DNA from: Escherichia phage chee24
Sequence record: NC_047885.1
Length of the DNA stretch: 64,000 nucleotides
Reading direction: 5' to 3' (one strand)
Shown here piece after piece: positions 58,610 through 64,000 of the stretch. Each line of letters starts with the position of its first letter. Position 1 is the stretch's first letter. The notes beneath the pieces were generated by a model that was given only the letters and a program-made list of their open reading frames with translations, had not been told where the DNA came from and searched no databases. The translations under genes were made by a program, and so were the position numbers.

Positions 58610-58813
58610 TCAAACAGTTTTTTGCAGTTTTTTATGATTTTCTTTCAGGTCAATCATAATATTGCGCCAGATCATTTCCAAACCTTGCTGGCGGCCTTTC
58701 TTGTACTGCATGAATCTGAATTTTACGGATTGTTGAGCTATTGTCAACAGCTTTCTAGTATTGCCATCCAATTTTTTGGCGGGTTTACCAGTGATTAATA
58801 AAGTTTGTTTCAT
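58610..58813 (-). CDS. hypothetical small basic protein
   Basis: 67 aa, Lys-rich; start overlaps the stop of an upstream 52-codon ORF (ATGA). Confidence 0.35.
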   Translation of the reverse strand: MKQTLLITGKPAKKLDGNTRKLLTIAQQSVKFRFMQYKKGRQQGLEMIWRNIMIDLKENHKKLQKTV

Positions 58814-58968
58814 TCCACGCCCTCCAGTGCATACAGACCTTTACCATCATTACAGAATACAACCGCTTCTGAATGGTTGGCGTGATATTCGTTTGCCGCT
58901 TTTACCCATTGCTCGATCTTTTCGATCGTGTCATGGGTTGCTGGATGATCGTTATATATTGTTTGCAT
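58810..58968 (-). CDS. hypothetical small protein (52 aa)
   Basis: Not in the ORF track. ATG with AAGGA 9 nt upstream; translation MQTIYNDHPATHDTIEKIEQWVKAANEYHANHSEAVVFCNDGKGLYALEGVE; coupled to 58610..58813. Confidence 0.3.
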   Translation of the reverse strand: MQTIYNDHPATHDTIEKIEQWVKAANEYHANHSEAVVFCNDGKGLYALEGVE

Positions 58969-59763
58969 ATCTGCGATTCCTTATAATGAATAAGTTTACC
59001 GCCGATAGACTTTAAGATATACCCAATTTTTAAAGAGCGCGGCGGTAAACTTCCCGCCGTGTAGTTCGTCATTGCCGCCCTACGTGATAAATAATAGGGT
59101 ATTCCCGAAAATGGCGCAACCTTATTTTTGTAAAGAAACGTAAAGAAAGCAACACGTTCGGCGCTCACCTAAGTTTAAAGGAAACGGGCGCGCGAATACC
59201 ATAAAACCAAGCAGATAGGCAAGTAATTTTTTCATTTATATTTGCCTTGCCCTACTTGACAAAATCTAAAAAGCTCGTGGTAGCGATAAACGGCTTATCC
59301 CCTTATGATGGGATGGCTAAAAACTTCATCGCGTTCTAGGACGTTTTAGGCGCATTCTAGCCTTGTTGATAACTTATCCCCAAAAGCAAAAATGAAATTT
59401 TCCTAGTTATCCACTTGACTTTTATTTTCCAGTGGATAACTACTTATTTTATAAAATTAATTAATTGACTTTTATTTGTTAGTGTGTATCGGAAAGATAG
59501 CAGACTAATAATTGTTAGGATTATAATCATGCTGGTGGATTGTAACAGCCTGAACTATTAGCAGACTATTAATCTCGGAAAATCTCATTAGCCAACTAAC
59601 TATTTCATATTATATAATATACATATAAATTAATGAGAAATAATAATTATAAGAAATCGTAACCGATAGAAATAATAACTACAAAAATAATCACCGTTAT
59701 AATAATAACGATAAGAAACTATCGGCCTAAGTGAGAACCACTATCATTTAAGTTATTCACAAA

Positions 59764-59833
59764 GTTATCCACAGCACAAAATGATTTGACACGATAGGCG
59801 GCGATATAAGGACTTATCCACAGACTTATCCAC
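59764..59833 (+). promoter_or_regulatory. cluster of three consensus DnaA boxes (TTATCCACA)
   Basis: Perfect 9-mers at about 59764, 59813 and 59825; further near-matches TTATCCACT / AGTGGATAA as an inverted pair at about 59407 and 59431. Confidence 0.5.
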
Positions 59834-59841
59834 ATGTTATC

Positions 59842-59861
59842 CTACTGTATATTTATACAGG
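59842..59861. promoter_or_regulatory. LexA (SOS) box-like palindrome
   Basis: TACTGTATATTTATACAGGG fits CTGT-N8-ACAG with AT-rich spacer; immediately downstream of the DnaA boxes. Confidence 0.45.
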
Positions 59862-60126
59862 GTAAAAAGGTAGTGTTAACAACTGCAATCAATTTTAAGC
59901 GGCCTAAAACGCTTTCTAACGAGCAAAACGCTATAGGGTAATATTAAAGTAAAGCCTCAACGCGTCGCCCTGGTGACTTCGCCGTGTTTTGCTCTTTACT
60001 ATACCGCTGCGCGTTTAACATAAAAATAAGCGTTAGGCAAGGAAAATAAAAAGGTAAAATAATATTTGCCCCTAGAAAGAAAATACCTTTATCATTCACT
60101 CACCGATTAACGAGGGAGGCCAACAA

Positions 60127-61119
60127 ATGCGGCTATATAAACCAGATAACGCAACCGTCTTAAAAGGTGCGTTGCGTAACCTGCTGGATGGTAGCAGAAC
60201 AACCAGCATTAAACATTTTGTTTTCAATATTGAAACACTTCATCGTAATTTTCTTGATGATTACGATGCTTATAATATGAATAGTTTTCTACCGTTATAT
60301 AATCAAGGGGCAACGCTTGTTTTATATAATCAGGAATCTCACTTGCTTACTAGTCGAGGGCCAGATACTGATTTTATTATAGTGAAAGGCAGTACAGTAA
60401 AAGCCTATGATGCGGGGGCGGGCTTAGAAGTTTTCACGATAGAAAATTATGAGCCTTATGATAAGGATCTTTATGACGTAGAAAATTTTCTCGATTCATT
60501 TTGGCGTTATTTATCAATTGGGTGGAATCGATCAGATTATCACGGGTATCGTTTTGCGGCTATAATGGCTTTTGATGATAACGGTAATTTTTTGCTACCG
60601 TCGGAATTATACCCGTATGTATATAATGATTTAATAGAGGAGGCTGGTTTTACTTTCTGGAAAGATGAAGATCAGCCTATTGACAACACGGAAAAACATG
60701 CTGTAAATTCTAACACTCAAAGCGTTAACACTCAAATTACTGAAAACAAAGGAAAAAATACCATGACCAAGATCGCTAATATCGTTGCCGCCAATAAGTC
60801 TGCTGTTGTAAATGCTGCAAAACTGGAAGCGGGTAAAATTGCATTAACTCAAATCACGAAAGTAGCGGCTAAAAAAGCGCCGTTTATGATTAAAGGTTAT
60901 ATTGATACGCCGATTGGTCGGGTAGTTATTGCCAACCTGCTGAGCGTAGCGGTTGACCAGTACGCCCCAGCTAACCAGAAAGCGAAAGCGGTAGCAGGTG
61001 CAGCTATGGAAGCGGCTATGTTAGAAATGGTGCAAAGTTTTAACATCGCTGAAATGATCGATGAAATGGTGAAAGGTATTGATATTTCTACTTTTACCAC
61101 TAGCACCGAAAGCGAGTAA
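60127..61119 (+). CDS. hypothetical protein (330 aa)
   Basis: Strong RBS GAGGGAGG before the ATG; first gene of the + strand operon leaving the DnaA/LexA-box control region; Ala/Lys-rich helical C-terminal third; no motifs recognised. Confidence 0.6.
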   Translation: MRLYKPDNATVLKGALRNLLDGSRTTSIKHFVFNIETLHRNFLDDYDAYNMNSFLPLYNQGATLVLYNQESHLLTSRGPDTDFIIVKGSTVKAYDAGAGLEVFTIENYEPYDKDLYDVENFLDSFWRYLSIGWNRSDYHGYRFAAIMAFDDNGNFLLPSELYPYVYNDLIEEAGFTFWKDEDQPIDNTEKHAVNSNTQSVNTQITENKGKNTMTKIANIVAANKSAVVNAAKLEAGKIALTQITKVAAKKAPFMIKGYIDTPIGRVVIANLLSVAVDQYAPANQKAKAVAGAAMEAAMLEMVQSFNIAEMIDEMVKGIDISTFTTSTESE

Positions 61120-61128
61120 TAATATTAA

Positions 61129-61150
61129 GCGGGGATTGTTACCCCGCTTT
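61129..61150 (+). terminator. putative terminator
   Basis: GCGGGG-ATTGTTA-CCCCGC followed by TTT ACTATT; weak U-tract. Confidence 0.45.
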
Positions 61151-61183
61151 ACTATTCCCTTGTTAATTAATAGGAGGCTAATT

Positions 61184-61678
61184 ATGCCAGAAGAAAAATA
61201 TGGCTTCTCACTGGGAGAAGTGAGTACGGCTAAACATGATATGATTGTTTTAGTCGATTGCCATACCGGTTATTGCGGGGAAGGGAATACTGAGGAATAT
61301 TTTGTTCCTGCTGGTACGGATCTCGACGCTTTCGCCCATGAAATGGCTGTTGATAATGCTTCTCGTTTTGGTAGCGATGGTTACGAAGACGAAGAAACGG
61401 GCGATTGGTATGAGAATGATAATGTATATGCAAGCCTTTATCATTATCAATTAAGTAAATCCGGCACATATGTAAACGGCGGTGATCCTATTAATTCCGT
61501 CATGAAATTAATTATTAAATATGGCGGCGTCGAGATAGTCGATAACAAAGCGGTAATATATGCAAACCGATTAAAACAGCTTGTTTATATCCCTGATAGT
61601 ACCCGATGGGAGGAATATGCTGTTTTGCATGATGAATTAAAACGATGTTTCAATATTGAAACCTTACAAGTAGTTTAA
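61184..61678 (+). CDS. hypothetical acidic protein (164 aa)
   Basis: ATG at 61184 with RBS TAGGAGG (track ORF starts at 61079); followed by a rho-independent terminator. Confidence 0.55.
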   Translation: MPEEKYGFSLGEVSTAKHDMIVLVDCHTGYCGEGNTEEYFVPAGTDLDAFAHEMAVDNASRFGSDGYEDEETGDWYENDNVYASLYHYQLSKSGTYVNGGDPINSVMKLIIKYGGVEIVDNKAVIYANRLKQLVYIPDSTRWEEYAVLHDELKRCFNIETLQVV

Positions 61679-61693
61679 TGTAAAGTTTTGTAA

Positions 61694-61722
61694 AGGCCGC
61701 CTCTTATGGTGGCCTTTTTTGT
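61694..61722 (+). terminator. rho-independent terminator
   Basis: AGGCCGCC-TCTTAT-GGTGGCCT followed by TTTTTTTG. Confidence 0.6.
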
Positions 61723-61786
61723 TATAATGCCTTTACACCGTTTAAGGACGGTTGAAAATTTTCCCAAAAAATTTTGGAGGCTTATA

Positions 61787-62017
61787 ATGGTTGCTTATTC
61801 TTCTTCTGACGCTCTTTTCACTGGAAAAGGCTGGGTATCAAATCGCTGGATCATTCAAGAAATGGTGCAAGAATATGGCATTGCTAAAACTTACACTACC
61901 ATTCAGGCGCTTTATGATAATGATCAAATTGATCAGCAAACGGCGGGCTTTTTGCTGGATACCCTAAAAGCGGAACACTGCACCAAAAAACAAGCTGCAA
62001 AAATTGTTTTAATGTAA
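61787..62017 (+). CDS. hypothetical protein (76 aa)
   Basis: ATG at 61787 with RBS GGAGG (track ORF starts at 61706, inside the terminator). Confidence 0.45.
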   Translation: MVAYSSSDALFTGKGWVSNRWIIQEMVQEYGIAKTYTTIQALYDNDQIDQQTAGFLLDTLKAEHCTKKQAAKIVLM

Positions 62018-62064
62018 TTAATAAAGGGGGATACTATATCCCCCACTAACTAGAGAGAATAAAA

Positions 62065-62211
62065 ATGGTTATTTTTCGAGCTATTCTAGCAGGTATCTTG
62101 GGCGCTATTTTATCACTTTTTGCAATAGCTTTCGGCGTTCACGCGGTTATTATTGGCGCGGGGATTGCCGTTTTTTCTTATCTGCTGGGCTGCATGAATA
62201 AAGGAGAATAA
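62065..62211 (+). CDS. small membrane protein (48 aa, two hydrophobic segments)
   Basis: Not in the ORF track. Translation MVIFRAILAGILGAILSLFAIAFGVHAVIIGAGIAVFSYLLGCMNKGE; stop closely followed by the RBS of the next gene. Confidence 0.35.
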   Translation: MVIFRAILAGILGAILSLFAIAFGVHAVIIGAGIAVFSYLLGCMNKGE

Positions 62212-62213
62212 AA

Positions 62214-62426
62214 ATGATCCGCAACGTTTCCCTTGCCCGCTCCAAAGGCTTTAAGCTGGTGGACGTTAACACGTTTGAGCGGGAGGATTGTAAAATCGAA
62301 TATGTAGCACGCAACAAAAATGCCTTTCGTGTTACAGAAAAGAAATTTGACAAGCGCGGCAACGTGATCGCTGAAACGGTTAAACACTTTGCCACCTTTT
62401 ACGCTGCGTTTCGTGGGGTGTTATAA
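62214..62426 (+). CDS. hypothetical protein (70 aa)
   Basis: RBS AAAGGAG 8 nt before the ATG. Confidence 0.45.
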   Translation: MIRNVSLARSKGFKLVDVNTFEREDCKIEYVARNKNAFRVTEKKFDKRGNVIAETVKHFATFYAAFRGVL

Positions 62427-62427
62427 A

Positions 62428-62772
62428 ATGGTTATTTATGAGGGCAATCGTTTTGTTGCTAATTGCCGTCCGGCATTACTAGCAAACTATTTAAATCAGG
62501 TTTCACCTGAATATAAAGGCGTCATTAATATTTACGAGGGTAAGGCGCACTATAAAATTAATGCGGTCGTTGCCCGTGAATTAGCATTTCAATTTTTGAC
62601 CTTTGCATCTTGTGACGTTCAGGTTATGGGTGAAGCATTAATTGCAGAAAATGAAGATGATTTTATTAATATTTTCCGCAAGATATGCACCGAGCGCCTG
62701 ATCATGAAAGGCGCATATATTCAATCCACTGCGGATAGCATTGAAACAGCGTTTCGAAAGGTGGCGCAATGA
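62428..62772 (+). CDS. hypothetical protein (114 aa)
   Basis: ATG at 62428 directly after the stop of the previous gene (track ORF starts at 62389). Confidence 0.5.
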   Translation: MVIYEGNRFVANCRPALLANYLNQVSPEYKGVINIYEGKAHYKINAVVARELAFQFLTFASCDVQVMGEALIAENEDDFINIFRKICTERLIMKGAYIQSTADSIETAFRKVAQ

Positions 62773-62927
62773 AAAAGTTTTTAATAGCTGGTATGTTTCC
62801 TTTGTTGCCTTATGTAATTTGCTGGGCTTTATACGCTCATGGTGCTAGTGTTCCCGGTGTGGCCTCGTTTGGTGTATCGGCTGGTTTTCTAACCGGACTA
62901 TTGGCAAGCGTATATCTGCGCAAATAA
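62769..62927 (+). CDS. small membrane protein (52 aa)
   Basis: Not in the ORF track. ATGA overlap with the upstream stop; translation MKKFLIAGMFPLLPYVICWALYAHGASVPGVASFGVSAGFLTGLLASVYLRK. Confidence 0.35.
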   Translation: MKKFLIAGMFPLLPYVICWALYAHGASVPGVASFGVSAGFLTGLLASVYLRK

Positions 62928-62945
62928 TTAATAACGGGAGTTATT

Positions 62946-63140
62946 ATGAGCAATAAAATTGTTGTAACCAAAATCAGTACAATGGTTGACGTTTTTTATG
63001 TGCCCGATACGCCGGAAAACCGGCAAGCGGTCGAGCGTGGCGAGTATGATAAAGTGATTTATGATCACGATGGTTACTATCAACATTTGGTGGATTCCTA
63101 CGGGGAGGGGGAAAAAATCACGCATCGACTACCAGACTAG
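62946..63140 (+). CDS. hypothetical protein (64 aa)
   Basis: RBS GGGAG; last ORF before the repeat-rich non-coding region. Confidence 0.45.
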   Translation: MSNKIVVTKISTMVDVFYVPDTPENRQAVERGEYDKVIYDHDGYYQHLVDSYGEGEKITHRLPD

Positions 63141-63180
63141 TAATCACGGGGGCGCAACTACCAGGGAGTGCCCCCAATTC

Positions 63181-63205
63181 TCAAATGAGAATGATTCTCA
63201 TTTGA
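63181..63205. repeat. 25-bp near-perfect palindrome TCAAATGAGAATGATTCTCATTTGA
   Basis: 12-bp arms around one central base; arm sequence AATGAGAAT recurs in the tandem repeats at 63520-63715 and in the element at 53955-54000. Confidence 0.6.
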
Positions 63206-63397
63206 CCGCGCCCGCGATGGTTAGCCTGCTAATGATTAGGGTGTTACGTGTCGCCTTGTGTGATCGTTAGCAGGCTAACTAATTTTTAAGCCTCCTCCAA
63301 TTTTGCCCTTGTTTTAGTATCCCCATCAAAATTAAACGCGTTAGAATGCGATTCAGGACGTTTTAGGCCTATATTAGAATTATTCACTACATAGGAG

Positions 63398-63417
63398 TAC
63401 TGTATATTTATACAGTA
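63398..63417. promoter_or_regulatory. LexA (SOS) box-like palindrome
   Basis: TACTGTATATTTATACAGTA: one mismatch to the E. coli LexA consensus TACTGTATATATATACAGTA as I recall it. Confidence 0.45.
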
Positions 63418-63425
63418 GAATAACC

Positions 63426-63508
63426 TGGGGATAAGTCTGTGGATAACGCCTCAAAATGGCTAGGATTCTGTCAAGTCAAATCGTGCTGTTGATAAGTCTG
63501 TGGATAAC
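63426..63508 (-). promoter_or_regulatory. DnaA boxes in inverted orientation
   Basis: Two copies of GATAAGTCTGTGGATAAC (reverse complement contains TTATCCACA) at about 63429 and 63491; the 18-mer TTATCCACAGACTTATCC is shared with 59813-59830 in opposite orientation. Confidence 0.45.
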
Positions 63509-63519
63509 TTAAATAACAG

Positions 63520-63715
63520 TGTTTCTCACTTCCATTTTTAAATGCGAATCATTATCATTTGCATTTCACTGTCTAACTGATAATCATTTCACTTTTTAAA
63601 TGAGAATCATTTCACTTTTTGAATAGTTCTCATTCCGCTTTTTAAATGAGAATAATTATCATTCGCATTTCACTTTTTAAATGAGATTGATTCTCATTAT
63701 CATTCGCATTTAGGC
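63520..63715. repeat. tandem direct repeats (core CTTTTTAAATGAGAAT) interleaved with ATTATCATTCGCATTTCACT units
   Basis: Five core copies at about 63535, 63593, 63616 (diverged), 63639 and 63673; three copies of the second unit. Confidence 0.6.
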
Positions 63716-63740
63716 GAGCAGGGCAATTGCCCTGCGCTTT

Positions 63741-63964
63741 TGTGCAAATCCGACATTGCTCCACGGGTGTTACGTGCGGGCGTGTATGTGCGAATCCGAC
63801 AATTTTTGGTAGTGTGCGAATCCGACCCGAAAAATTTTTATAGTGTGCAAATCCGACAATGAATTTTCCCAAAAACTCCAGCAATCTCGAACTGCGTTCG
63901 AATCCTGTGGAATTAGCTAGAATATGTGCAAATCCGACATGTGTTGAGATGTGCGAATCCGACA
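63741..63964 (+). repeat. iteron-like array: six direct copies of TGTGCRAATCCGACA
   Basis: Copies at about 63741, 63787, 63813, 63844, 63925 and 63950, all in the same orientation with irregular spacing; array reaches the window end. Confidence 0.65.
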
Positions 63965-64000
63965 AGATTTTTGTGACTTCGATTGGAGGGTGTGTGATTG

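Noticed and set aside
58902-59168. 88-aa ORF on the - strand (and + strand ORFs 58607..58798, 58761..59015)
   Set aside because: Conflicts with the better-supported coupled 52-aa/67-aa gene pair in another frame; no RBS.
59126-59236. 37-codon - strand ORF with a signal-peptide-like N-terminus (MKKLLAYLLGFMVFA)
   Set aside because: A promoter-like -10 overlaps its start codon so it would not be on the transcript; too short and unsupported to call.
63893-63909. tRNA T-loop-like sequence GCGTTCGAATCCTGTGG
   Set aside because: No acceptor stem, D-arm or anticodon arm could be built around it; the match to GTTCGAATCC is partial and overlaps the iteron family.
63741-64000. Possible CRISPR array (short direct repeats)
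   Set aside because: Repeats are only 15 bp, spacers are irregular (25-81 bp) and partly repetitive themselves, and no cas genes are present; better explained as iterons/protein-binding sites.

Overview
This 64-kb window is a segment of a tailed dsDNA phage genome whose gene order and protein sizes closely match T5-family siphoviruses (Demerecviridae); this assignment rests on remembered T5 features, not a database search. It has three parts. (1) 1-24.5 kb, + strand early/replication module: Sir2-like and HAD-like proteins, a tandem paralog pair, an AEP-primase/P-loop helicase fusion, an NAD-dependent DNA ligase split into two ORFs, helicase, DnaG-type primase, family-A DNA polymerase, SF2 helicase, an SSB-like protein, SbcD/SbcC-like nuclease, Hjc-like nuclease, flap endonuclease and dUTPase. 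These are served by repeated sigma70-type promoters (TTGCTT-17-TATAAT plus a conserved ATAAATT...GAGAGG downstream box); the one at 6250-6278 matches the classic T5 PN25 promoter as I remember it. (2) 24.5-52.7 kb, - strand late module: two tail-fibre proteins with C-terminal intramolecular-chaperone domains, collar, tail-tip proteins, tape measure, tail tube, neck, major capsid, protease, decoration protein, portal, HNH endonuclease, large and small terminase and a receptor-binding protein, followed by a + strand Llp-like lipoprotein. (3) 53.1-64 kb, a GC-richer pre-early/terminal-repeat-like region: a - strand operon (HAD phosphatase, A1-like metallophosphatase, small proteins), a divergent + strand operon of eight uncharacterised genes, and dense non-coding architecture (DnaA boxes, LexA-like boxes, palindromes, tandem repeats, an iteron-like array running to the window edge). 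No rRNA, tRNA or CRISPR array was found. I cannot point to one clearly novel system; the best candidates are the regulatory architecture and unknown genes at 53-64 kb and the Sir2/HAD/paralog cluster at 0.3-2.6 kb. CDS ends taken from the ORF track are exact; motif coordinates read by eye are approximate (+/-2 nt).
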